In this document: positions 44,975-54,051 of the stretch, in pieces | Position numbering within the stretch: the first letter of the stretch is position 1 | Layout of the letters: each line of letters starts with the position of its first letter | Assembly: GCA_003213275.1 (NCBI GenBank) | Contig: QCNH01000001.1 | Span: 22,196-86,195, forward strand | Direction: 5' to 3' | Length of the DNA: 64,000 bases | From: Prochlorococcus sp. AG-424-M03 | Lineage (GTDB): Bacteria; Cyanobacteriota; Cyanobacteriia; PCC-6307; Cyanobiaceae | Made by a program: the position numbers and the translations under genes | Notes under the pieces: model-generated | Told to the model about the DNA's origin: nothing | What the model saw: only the letters and a program-made list of their open reading frames with translations | Database searches by the model: none

Positions 44975-45541
44975 TTGACTAAAAGTATTATGATATTTGA
45001 AGACATTGAGAAATGTATCAAGCTATTTAGTGTTTTCAAAGAAAAATCAGTAATTCTCTCTGAAGCTATTTTGATCCCACCAATTACTGAGAAAATATCA
45101 TCAGATGAAACCGAATTGCTAAATGCAAAAGCAAATATTTTATTTAAATATCAAAAATTTGAAGATATAAGAATCTTAAATCCTAAACTTGATAGAAAGC
45201 TCAGACAAAAAGATATGAGTAAATGGCTAATGCCGTTTGGTTTTATTGCTGGAATAGCTTTTTCTAACATGACAAATTTATCTACTTTCAGCTTTCTTGG
45301 TTTAAATAACATCGGTGAATCCTTAATTGGAGGTCTTTTGGGAATGGTGTCAGGATATTTAGGAAGCGTTTTTGCTTCTGCGAGTATCAACATTAATAGA
45401 AATAAAGAGTTGAGACCAATTATCAACTTAAATAAAGAGGGTAAATGGCTTGTTCTTCTTGAAAATCAAATTGGGACTGAATTACCTTGGGATGTAATAA
45501 AACAATCAGAAGCAAAAGATATAATTTTTTTGGAAGGCTAA
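44975..45541 (+). CDS. conserved hypothetical membrane protein
   Basis: WLMPFGFIAG and Gly-rich TM hairpin; abuts the S4 gene. Confidence 0.75.
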   Translation: MTKSIMIFEDIEKCIKLFSVFKEKSVILSEAILIPPITEKISSDETELLNAKANILFKYQKFEDIRILNPKLDRKLRQKDMSKWLMPFGFIAGIAFSNMTNLSTFSFLGLNNIGESLIGGLLGMVSGYLGSVFASASININRNKELRPIINLNKEGKWLVLLENQIGTELPWDVIKQSEAKDIIFLEG

Positions 45542-46333
45542 ATGATTAACTTAAAAGAAATCTTAATAAATTCAAACTACAAAAAAGAAACTGAGGAATT
45601 AATAAATATTGCTAACTTAGCTTACAAACACTGGGAAACTTATTGGACTGGATTTAGTTCAACCTATATTTGCGAAGAGATTTTAAAAGATTTTGAAAAT
45701 TTAAATGATTTCAAATTTTATGTTTATGGAGGATTCTCCTCTTCTCAAAGATCGAGAATAGCTTGCTTTAGAGGAGATAACATTCCTGAAGAGGATGTGA
45801 TAAAAAGTAATTTTCCAGCACAAGGAATAAAAATTAATGGCAATTTTTTATTTGATAATGCTACACAAGACGACTTTAGATCCCTCTTAATTGAAAATGG
45901 GGTAAATAAAAAAAAAATAGGAGATATATGGACTATTCACGATAGGGGGGCACAAGGGATAATTGATAATTTAGATATTAAGTATCTAAATGAAAATTGT
46001 TTTTATTTGCGAGACGTAAAAGTAAAAATTAATTTAGTGGGTATAGATGAATTACAAATACCTACTGGAAGATCAAAAAAACTTGTTAACACAGTAGAAG
46101 CCTCAACAAGATTAGACGCTATAGCTTCAGCAGGTTTTAGGATATCACGAACCAAAATTATTGAAAGGATAGAAAATGGAATGCTCAGATTAAATGGAAG
46201 CAAAGTTAATAAGCCAACTGTTAATCTAAAAATTGGCGACAAACTGCAACTTGAAAATAAAGGATTTATCGAAATTTTAAATTTAGAAATAACCAAAAGA
46301 GAACGATGGAAAGTTAAATTACTTAGAAAATGA
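45542..46333 (+). CDS. YlmH/Sll1252-type S4-domain RNA-binding protein (PSII S4 domain protein)
   Basis: GNFLFD, IGDIW, EASTRLDAIASAGFRISR, TKRERW. Confidence 0.9.
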   Translation: MINLKEILINSNYKKETEELINIANLAYKHWETYWTGFSSTYICEEILKDFENLNDFKFYVYGGFSSSQRSRIACFRGDNIPEEDVIKSNFPAQGIKINGNFLFDNATQDDFRSLLIENGVNKKKIGDIWTIHDRGAQGIIDNLDIKYLNENCFYLRDVKVKINLVGIDELQIPTGRSKKLVNTVEASTRLDAIASAGFRISRTKIIERIENGMLRLNGSKVNKPTVNLKIGDKLQLENKGFIEILNLEITKRERWKVKLLRK

Positions 46334-46382
46334 AACTCAACCTGCTATTTTCTTATAAGGGGGAATTAAAATTCCTCAAGTT

Positions 46383-46454
46383 GGGCGATTAGCTCAGTGG
46401 TAGAGCACTACCTCGACACGGTAGTGGCCACTGGTTCGAATCCAGTATCGCCCA
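46383..46454 (+). tRNA. tRNA-Val (GAC)
   Basis: full cloverleaf; anticodon stem CTACC/GGTAG, loop TCGACAC; CCA not encoded. Confidence 0.96.
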
Positions 46455-46522
46455 TCCAAATTTTTGATGGCCTAGGTTATATCCACAGAAAATAATTTCA
46501 TTTTTTAGATTATTAAAAAAAA

Positions 46523-47140
46523 ATGAAACTTAATCAAATAATTAATCTTCATAAGGGGCTTACTGCATTTGTAATAGTAGGACTTATGATAATCTTTGAT
46601 AATTTTACAATCGCTCCATATGTTTATTTAGCCCTGCATGGTACTTATGGATTACTTTGGCTACTCAAAGAAAAGATATTTCCGGATCCTTATTTTAAAG
46701 AAAAAATCAATTTTTTAACTTCAGTTACTGGTTTTATTTTCCTTGGAAGTTACTGGATAGCTCCCTACATTCTTATCTCATCACAGAAATCTGTTCCAAA
46801 TATCTTAATAGCTGCATCTATATCAATAAATATAATTGGTGTGTTTTTACACTTTGCTAGTGATGCCCAAAAATATTTTTCTCTTAAATTTAAAAGAGAT
46901 CTAATTAAAGAAGGGTTTTTCAAACATATAAGGAATACAAATTATCTAGGTGAAATACTAATTTATCTATCATTCGCCATACTTTCAATGAGTTTCATTC
47001 CATTCTTAATTCTTGCAATATTTTTCTTTATAGTTTTTCTACCAAGAATGATAAAAAAAGATAAATCGCTCACAAAATACGCTTCATTCGATGAATACAA
47101 GAAAAAAACTGGTCTTATTTTACCTAAATTAAATGGTTGA
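46523..47140 (+). CDS. steroid 5-alpha-reductase/DUF1295-like membrane protein
   Basis: multiple TM helices; SDAQK and GFF..IRNTNYLGE motifs. Confidence 0.75.
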   Translation: MKLNQIINLHKGLTAFVIVGLMIIFDNFTIAPYVYLALHGTYGLLWLLKEKIFPDPYFKEKINFLTSVTGFIFLGSYWIAPYILISSQKSVPNILIAASISINIIGVFLHFASDAQKYFSLKFKRDLIKEGFFKHIRNTNYLGEILIYLSFAILSMSFIPFLILAIFFFIVFLPRMIKKDKSLTKYASFDEYKKKTGLILPKLNG

Positions 47141-47684
47141 AAATAACTTACCAAGTTGGAGGCAAGACTTAAAATCTTCTAGAAAAAAAGAGGGTAAATC
47201 TCCCTCTGCTAGATGGATTCAGCTTGCAACAGTTAACGAAAAAAATGAGCCAAGATTAAGAACAGTTGTTTTCAGAGGATGGAATAAGGATAGTTCAATG
47301 ATTATTTTTACAGATAGAAGGAGTAAAAAAATTGAGCATTTAAAATCTAACCCTAATGCAGAAATATTATGGTTTTTTCTGAAAACCAAATCACAATATA
47401 GATTTAAGGGAAAAATAAGTAAATTAAGTGATAACAACAATTATTGGGATACATTATCTGAAAAATCAAAATCCTCTTGGTTCTGGGGATCTCCTGGAGA
47501 AAAAATTAACCCAAAAGTGCAATCTGCTTATAAAGTATTATCAAATCTACCCAAGTCAGACAATTTTGTAGTTCTAAATTTTGAAATCTATTCAGTAGAT
47601 CTTCTTAAATTAGAACAGCCTATTCATAAAAGATATCTATGGGAAAAGATTAAGAAATGGAAAAAAATAGAAATTAATCCCTAA
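47133..47684 (+). CDS. pyridoxamine 5'-phosphate oxidase-related FMN-binding protein
   Basis: IQLATV...PRLRTVVFRG, FTDRRSKK, QYRFKG. Confidence 0.85.
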   Translation: MVENNLPSWRQDLKSSRKKEGKSPSARWIQLATVNEKNEPRLRTVVFRGWNKDSSMIIFTDRRSKKIEHLKSNPNAEILWFFLKTKSQYRFKGKISKLSDNNNYWDTLSEKSKSSWFWGSPGEKINPKVQSAYKVLSNLPKSDNFVVLNFEIYSVDLLKLEQPIHKRYLWEKIKKWKKIEINP

Positions 47685-47758
47685 ATATTTCTAAATTGTA
47701 TACTTAGGTTGAAAAACATATAGTGATCGGTCAGTTTAAAAAAAGAAATATTATTCAT

Positions 47759-47941
47759 ATGGATTTCTCAGAAATTCCAGAAAACCCTTTTATCTTTTTA
47801 TCTTGGGTGACTGCTATAGGACTTTTTTTAAGTATTTCTGAAGCAACGATTAAGCTTAAACTCAAGAAGAGAAATAGTTATCGAAAAAGGGTAGCACTAA
47901 TAAATAGTCTTTATCCTAAAAAATTAGCTTCAAATATCTGA
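47759..47941 (+). CDS. small single-TM hypothetical protein
   Basis: TM plus a basic tail; ATG at 47759 (ORF opens at 47723). Confidence 0.5.
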   Translation: MDFSEIPENPFIFLSWVTAIGLFLSISEATIKLKLKKRNSYRKRVALINSLYPKKLASNI

Positions 47942-48478
47942 AAAGATATTTTCCTGAAGGAATTGAAATAAACCACCTTTATTTCTTTCTTCTTTGATTT
48001 GAGATTCCTTAGAAGACGATTTTAATTTTGTTGAAGAAATACTTTCTTCTTCATCGTCTAATTTTAGGATTCTAATGATAACTTCATCCAAAGAGAAGTT
48101 ACCAGGCCCTGTCAAAGCAATTGAACTTGCTGAAGCAAAATAAAGAAGTAAAAGCTCAAGTAAAAAAATATTAAAACCTGAAGTTACAAGCGCGTGATAT
48201 ATGGCAACAGAAATTGTTCCAACAATAGCTAAAGCTCCGAATCTTGTAGCTAAACCGATAATTAGTAACCAACTACCTCCTATCTCCGAAAATGCTGCGA
48301 CGTATGATAAAAATATTGGGAATGGTAGATGTAATGGTCTGACAAAAGCATCAGCAAAATTTTCTATATTTGCTAATTTCTCATAACCATGGTGAATAAG
48401 AACAGTACCAGTTATAACTCTAAGAATTAATAAAGCAGTATCTTTGCTAAGCGACTTGGTAAGAATGGTTGAAAGCAC
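47930..48478 (-). CDS. DoxX family membrane protein
   Basis: LLILR...HHGYEKL...EIGG..LLIIGLATR...GPGNFSLD. Confidence 0.9.
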   Translation of the reverse strand: MLSTILTKSLSKDTALLILRVITGTVLIHHGYEKLANIENFADAFVRPLHLPFPIFLSYVAAFSEIGGSWLLIIGLATRFGALAIVGTISVAIYHALVTSGFNIFLLELLLLYFASASSIALTGPGNFSLDEVIIRILKLDDEEESISSTKLKSSSKESQIKEERNKGGLFQFLQENIFSDI

Positions 48479-48618
48479 TATAAAAAAATTATCCTTAAGT
48501 AAAAATAACTAGTCACAGTATTCATCGTGGATTAAACACCAAAAGTTGTGCCTAATTAAGTATTTATACTTAATTGCCTAAAGATTTCTTTTTTTTTCTT
48601 TTTAAGAATTTGCCTAAA

Positions 48619-49773
48619 TTAGAAATTATTTTTTGAATAATTTTCGGATATTCTTTGATTAATTTTGGGAATGTTTTCTTTAAATTTAAAAAACCCTTTT
48701 TTGGCAAATTTCCAAGCAAATAAATCTTCATCCCTCACAAGATTAAATATATTTTTATTGTGTAAATTTTTAAACTCAATTATGAAATCATAATTTTCTC
48801 CTACTCTAGGATAAATAATGTCTATTTCATTAATATTTTTAAAAGTAACTGCTATTGAATATGGATCTATCTGTTCAACATTATCAAATTGTCCTACAAA
48901 TTCAGTGACCAAATCTTGTTTGAATCTCAAAACAGATTCAGATAATTTAATTTGTCTTTGTTCATTCTTTAGAAGGATAATAAATACTTTTTTATAGCTT
49001 GGAAGTAAATTTTTGAGGGTTGCAAGGTGCAGATCATTTTCAAACATAATCAGATAATCTGATTTAGGATCCATATTATTTTTATAAATCTCATCTTCTA
49101 ATGGTATTTGATTGGATTCCTCAAGAAAAATTTGTTTATTAATTATTTTTTCTGCATTAAATCTATTATTTGAAAATTTTCTGAGGTTTGATGATGAAAA
49201 AAGATATTGCTTCCCCTTAGTTTGTAATCCTCCTACCCATCTCCAGCTAAGGAGATTAGATGAAGCATCACCATCAAAAAGATATTTAAAGAAAAACTTT
49301 GCTCCCAATTGCCATGGGAGGCCTAAATTAAATATCCATGTACTCGCGAACCACATTCTCGTATGGTTATGCAAATAGTTGTACTGCTTTAATTCATGGA
49401 CCCAAGAATTAAAAAAATCTATTTCTGTATTGCCATTAATTGCACTTTCATATAGTTCATAATCAAAATCAAGATTTTCTTCTGAAATAAAATTTCGCCA
49501 AACTTTAGGTCTATTTTCCATCCACCCTTTCCAGTAAACTCTCCAAAATATTTCTTCAACGAATTTAGTTGAATTTTTGATTTTGTACTTACTTCTAATA
49601 TCATGAATCAGATCATATTCCGATAATATTCTATGCGTAATGAAAGGTGATAATTTTGAAACTGAACTTTCGTTATTTGGACCAAAATCAAAATTTCTTA
49701 ATTTTGTATAATCATTAATTTTATTTTGCGCAAAATTGTCCCAAATACTTTTAGCTTTTAATAAAAATGACAT
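48619..49773 (-). CDS. photolyase-family protein with the FAD domain at the N-terminus (inverted-topology class)
   Basis: SKLSPFI, EIFWR, YLHNHTRMWFAS, DGDASSN..SWRW in the N-terminal half; alpha/beta-like C-terminus; ATG at 49773. Confidence 0.85.
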   Translation of the reverse strand: MSFLLKAKSIWDNFAQNKINDYTKLRNFDFGPNNESSVSKLSPFITHRILSEYDLIHDIRSKYKIKNSTKFVEEIFWRVYWKGWMENRPKVWRNFISEENLDFDYELYESAINGNTEIDFFNSWVHELKQYNYLHNHTRMWFASTWIFNLGLPWQLGAKFFFKYLFDGDASSNLLSWRWVGGLQTKGKQYLFSSSNLRKFSNNRFNAEKIINKQIFLEESNQIPLEDEIYKNNMDPKSDYLIMFENDLHLATLKNLLPSYKKVFIILLKNEQRQIKLSESVLRFKQDLVTEFVGQFDNVEQIDPYSIAVTFKNINEIDIIYPRVGENYDFIIEFKNLHNKNIFNLVRDEDLFAWKFAKKGFFKFKENIPKINQRISENYSKNNF

Positions 49774-50047
49774 TTTTCTGTTAACTTTAAAGAATTTTTC
49801 ATTTGATAGAAATTTCAAAAATTAGCCTTCAAATTAATCCTTAAATTTTTATGTTTCACTTTTAAGTAAATATGTTTGATTGAAGTATTGAATTTAAACT
49901 CCTAATCCGTACATTTTATACTCTTAAATCGCGCACTGCGTAAGATGATATTTTATTGTCAATTACTTTTTAAATCTAGTTTGAATTTTCAAATCTTTAT
50001 TTAGATGATTTTTTCTAAAAGATTTCTAAATATTTATCAAAATTAAT

Positions 50048-50800
50048 ATGAATAATTTATTAGTTAGAGATATTAAGTATCTAGATGAACAATACAGATT
50101 AGGTGAAGGCATAATTTCCGATGATGCATTTAAGCAACTTCAGAAGCTTTTTATACCTGTTAATCCAAAATCTGACTATTTTAATCCAAAAAATAAATAT
50201 ATACTTTTGCCAAAATTAGCTAAAGGAAACTATAGAGAATTTTTGGGAAGTTTATTACCAAAAACAAGATTAAGCATTCAACCAAAAATTGATGGCTGCG
50301 CTATTGCAATTAGATATACAAATGGCAATTTTAAAAAAGCTATTACAAAAAAAGGATTTGATGTCTCAAGCAAAATTAAACAAATTAAAAATGTCCCCGA
50401 TTGTATTCCTATCAAACGAGATTTTCAAATTAGAGGTGAACTATACGCTACAAACCAATTTGCCAGAATTTCCCAAAGAATTACAAGAGAATACCTCAAT
50501 GATAAGAAAGGGATTGGAGAAAGTCTCAGCTTTTGCTGTTTCCAAATACTTAATGGAAGAATTAATCAATATGAAACCCTTAACTATCTTAAAAAATGTG
50601 GCTTCAGCACCCCTGAAAGTTACTTCACAAATCATACAAGCGAAATCCAAATATATAAAAAAAATTGGTTAGAGAGAAAAATATTTGCAAAATATCCAAC
50701 TAATGGGATAGTTATTAAAATAAATAGTAGGAAACTAAGGTTACTTAGAGAGACAAGTTTATCTCAAAATAATGAATGGCAATATGCAATTGAAAAATAA
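50048..50800 (+). CDS. stand-alone NAD-dependent DNA ligase adenylation domain (truncated LigA-like)
   Basis: domain-Ia-like YR.G..IISDD.F, motif I KIDG, motif III RGE, motif IV-like NGIVIK; ends before the OB/Zn/HhH/BRCT domains. Confidence 0.85.
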   Translation: MNNLLVRDIKYLDEQYRLGEGIISDDAFKQLQKLFIPVNPKSDYFNPKNKYILLPKLAKGNYREFLGSLLPKTRLSIQPKIDGCAIAIRYTNGNFKKAITKKGFDVSSKIKQIKNVPDCIPIKRDFQIRGELYATNQFARISQRITREYLNDKKGIGESLSFCCFQILNGRINQYETLNYLKKCGFSTPESYFTNHTSEIQIYKKNWLERKIFAKYPTNGIVIKINSRKLRLLRETSLSQNNEWQYAIEK

Positions 50801-50908
50801 TATTAAATAGTACCTTCAAAAAGAGCTCACGATACTGACTTCGAGTATTTACAGTGGAAAAGTAATTAAATTTTGGTTAAATCCCAAAGCAATTTGCATG
50901 ATTACTAA

Positions 50909-51838
50909 ATGACTGCCACTATTTCAAGACCTAAAATTTCTAACTGGGGAACTTCTAATATTCCAAACCTTACAGGTAAAACAGCACTAATTACTGGTGC
51001 AAATAGTGGTCTTGGATACTACACAGCAAAGGCCTTAGCAGAAAAAAATGCTCATGTAGTAATAACTTCTAGATCGATTGAAAAAGCTAATCAAACCATC
51101 AAAAAACTTAAAGGTCTTAACCCTGAAGGAATATTTACACCTTTAGAATTAGATTTGTCAGATTTAAAAAATGTTGTTGAAGTTCGGTCCAAAATTTTTG
51201 ATGATTTTGAAAATTTGGATTTACTAATCAATAATGCAGGCATAATGCATCCGCCAAAAACACTTAGTGCCCAGGGATATGAAATACAATTTGCAGTGAA
51301 TCATCTGGCTCATATGCTTTTGACCCTAAAGCTTCTTCCAATTATTGAAAAAAAAGAGGAATCGAGAATAGTGACAGTTACTTCTGGTGCACAATTTTTT
51401 GGCAAAGTTGGTTGGGGAAATCTGAAAGCAGAGAACTATTACAACAAATGGGAATCTTACTCCAATAGCAAATTGGCAAATGTAATGTTTGCTTTGGAAC
51501 TAAATGAGAACTTAAAACACAAAAATATACTTTCATTAGCTGCTCACCCAGGAATTGCAAAAACAAATCTTTTTACTGCTCAAAAACCTAAACCTAGTCC
51601 AATTGAAACATTCTCCATGAAATTATTTAGCCCTATTTTTCAATCTGCTGAGATGGGTGCTTTACCTCAACTTTTTGCAGCTACTTCACCAGATGCAAGA
51701 GGCGGTGATCATTATGGTCCTAAGTTTAGTTTCAGAGGTCATCCAAAACTATCCCCTACCTCTCCTTTCGCAATTAACAAAAAAGAAAGGAAAAATTTAT
51801 GGGGAAAAAGCCTTGAAATACTTAGTAAATTCTTATAA
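50909..51838 (+). CDS. short-chain dehydrogenase/reductase (retinol-dehydrogenase-like)
   Basis: TGANSGLG, NNAG, VNHLAH, YSNSK (YxxxK), AHPG. Confidence 0.92.
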   Translation: MTATISRPKISNWGTSNIPNLTGKTALITGANSGLGYYTAKALAEKNAHVVITSRSIEKANQTIKKLKGLNPEGIFTPLELDLSDLKNVVEVRSKIFDDFENLDLLINNAGIMHPPKTLSAQGYEIQFAVNHLAHMLLTLKLLPIIEKKEESRIVTVTSGAQFFGKVGWGNLKAENYYNKWESYSNSKLANVMFALELNENLKHKNILSLAAHPGIAKTNLFTAQKPKPSPIETFSMKLFSPIFQSAEMGALPQLFAATSPDARGGDHYGPKFSFRGHPKLSPTSPFAINKKERKNLWGKSLEILSKFL

Positions 51839-52099
51839 ATTTTTCATTTTTACTAACTTTAAAAAATACTTCAAGATATGTAATTCACTCTCTGAGAGTT
51901 TCATAAATTCTATTAAGGCATCATAATTTTTTTCATCAATTTTTTTTGATAATTGAATAAAACTATCATGGTTTTCATTAACAAAGCGCTCAGCAATCTG
52001 AGATGGAGTTAAACCCTTTTCTATTAATTCACCTGGAGCATTTTTCTCCCACTTTTCATAAAACCAAGAAAACCAATATTTTGCAGTATTATCTTTCAT
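51833..52099 (-). CDS. hypothetical protein, paralog of 62518-62835
   Basis: 88-aa ORF that aligns by eye with the 105-aa ORF at 62518. Confidence 0.75.
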   Translation of the reverse strand: MKDNTAKYWFSWFYEKWEKNAPGELIEKGLTPSQIAERFVNENHDSFIQLSKKIDEKNYDALIEFMKLSESELHILKYFLKLVKMKNL

Positions 52100-52199
52100 T
52101 AATTAACTTTTATTTGGCGAATTCTATAAATGCTGAAGAAAGATCTCATGATTGAATTAACCCTAAAACACACTTAAGATAAGTGCAATTATAAATTTA

Positions 52200-53636
52200 A
52201 TGATAGATAATAATCATTCAAGTAAAAGAAAAAATATTAATCTTATAATTGGATTAGGTAAATCTGGATTTTGGGCTGCCAAGTATTTGAGAAGCATCAA
52301 TAAGAGAGTAATTGTTTGGGAAAGTAAAGATGGGATAGAAATGTTAGAAAGGAAAAAAGAATTGGAAGAACTTAATATACTAGTTTCTCTGAATAAAGAA
52401 TTTGTATTTGAAGAAATTCATCCTTTTCTAAAAGAGATTGAATCTGTTGTTGTAAGTCCATCAATACCTTATGACCATAAAACTATTATTAAATTAAAAA
52501 AAAAGGGAATTAAAGTAATTGGAGAAATTAATGTTGCATGGGAAATTTTAAAAGACACAAATTGGATAGGTATTACTGGAACTAATGGCAAGACTACTGT
52601 TACTCATTTACTAAGCCATATACTCTGCCAGACTGAATTATATGCTCCTTTTGCTGGAAATATTGGGACACCTTTATGTAAATATGCTTACTCCAAAAAA
52701 CACGAAAAAATTGATTGGGTTGTAGCTGAATTAAGTAGTTATCAAATAGAAATATCTCCAGAAGTAAAACCTAATATTGGAATCTGGACAACCTTCACAG
52801 AAGATCATCTTGAAAGACATAAAACACTTGAAAAATATTTCAATATAAAAAAAAGCTTGCTAGAAAAATCAGATTTTAGAATTTATAATTATGACGATAA
52901 AAATCTAAGAAATCACTATAGTTCACTATCAAGAGGGGTTTGGATAACAACTAGTTTTAATAAATCAAATTTTATTCAATGCGATTATTGGATAGATGAT
53001 CAAGCATACATTGTTGAGAGAGGAAAGAAACTATTCAAACTTGAACATTTTTCTTTAAAAGGAATGCATAATCTTCAAAATCTTTTATTGGTAATAGCAG
53101 CAGCAAGAAAAGTTGGATTATCTGGGAAGAATATTAAGGATTCTTTATCTAATTACAAACAATTACCGCATAGGATGGAAACAATTTATAAAAATAATGA
53201 TCTGGAAATAATTAATGATAGTAAAGCTACAAATTTTGATTCATCTATTGCAGGAATAAATTCAATTGAAGGGCAAATAATAATTATTGCTGGGGGCAGA
53301 TTAAAAGGCAATGAATATAGTGAGTGGATAAAAGTTTTAAAGAAAAAAGTTAAATGTGTTTTCCTTTTTGGAGAAAGCTCAAAAATCCTAAAAATGGCAC
53401 TTATTAATGAAGGATTTAAAAAAGATATTTTTGAATGTTCAGAACTCAAAGAGCTTTTAAATTTTGTTTTTAATTATTTAGAAAATAACAGGGTAGGAAC
53501 ATTAATATTCTCACCTTCATGTTCTAGTTTTGATCAATTTAAAAATTATGAAGAGCGTGGTGATTATTTCAAAAAACTAATAAGTGAAAAATTAAAGGTT
53601 AATAAAACCATTTTTTGTTCAAATATCATTTCGTAA
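52200..53636 (+). CDS. murD: UDP-N-acetylmuramoylalanine--D-glutamate ligase
   Basis: [42 protein letters not shown]. Confidence 0.97.
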   Translation: MIDNNHSSKRKNINLIIGLGKSGFWAAKYLRSINKRVIVWESKDGIEMLERKKELEELNILVSLNKEFVFEEIHPFLKEIESVVVSPSIPYDHKTIIKLKKKGIKVIGEINVAWEILKDTNWIGITGTNGKTTVTHLLSHILCQTELYAPFAGNIGTPLCKYAYSKKHEKIDWVVAELSSYQIEISPEVKPNIGIWTTFTEDHLERHKTLEKYFNIKKSLLEKSDFRIYNYDDKNLRNHYSSLSRGVWITTSFNKSNFIQCDYWIDDQAYIVERGKKLFKLEHFSLKGMHNLQNLLLVIAAARKVGLSGKNIKDSLSNYKQLPHRMETIYKNNDLEIINDSKATNFDSSIAGINSIEGQIIIIAGGRLKGNEYSEWIKVLKKKVKCVFLFGESSKILKMALINEGFKKDIFECSELKELLNFVFNYLENNRVGTLIFSPSCSSFDQFKNYEERGDYFKKLISEKLKVNKTIFCSNIIS

Positions 53637-53722
53637 TTTTCAGGTCGGTCATCACAACCGTCTCCCCTCTAGCAAATATTCACTTATTTAGTTAGATTTT
53701 GACTATAAATTAACTACTAGCA

Positions 53723-54040
53723 ATGAGTGAATCTAACAATTTACCTCAAGCAATAAGTCATAGAAAATTAAGTTACTTGATGCTTAAGGCACAAAAAGAT
53801 TATCATTTTTCTGATGAATCAGCAGAAACAGAAAGTCCCGAGAAAAGAGAATTTGAAGAGTTAATAAACAATTGGGAAGCTTCAACTAAGAAAGTAATTA
53901 ATGAGTTATCAAAAAGAAAAGAGAATTTACTAAAAGATAAATCACCAAATTCTTTAATTGCTCTTGGTGCGATGGAAGTTCACCTTAATATGGCTTTGCA
54001 TGCCTTAAATGCATTTAATAAAGGAGTTGATGGGGAATAG
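53723..54040 (+). CDS. hypothetical helical protein
   Basis: 105-aa ORF with ATG start and coding-like composition. Confidence 0.7.
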   Translation: MSESNNLPQAISHRKLSYLMLKAQKDYHFSDESAETESPEKREFEELINNWEASTKKVINELSKRKENLLKDKSPNSLIALGAMEVHLNMALHALNAFNKGVDGE

Positions 54041-54051
54041 AAACAGATAAA

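Noticed and set aside
50289-50672. 127-aa alternate-frame ORF inside the ligase-like gene, considered as a frameshift partner
   Set aside because: All ligase motifs lie in the main frame, and this frame shows no OB-fold or other recognisable similarity.
50909-51838. Light-dependent protochlorophyllide reductase
   Set aside because: Generic SDR motifs only; the active site reads YSNSK rather than the POR-type YKDSK context.
53641-53675. Glutamine riboswitch or Yfr-type sRNA
   Set aside because: Lacks the glnA/Downstream-peptide consensus and the Yfr1 (ACTCCTCACAC) and Yfr2 (GGAAACA x2) motifs.
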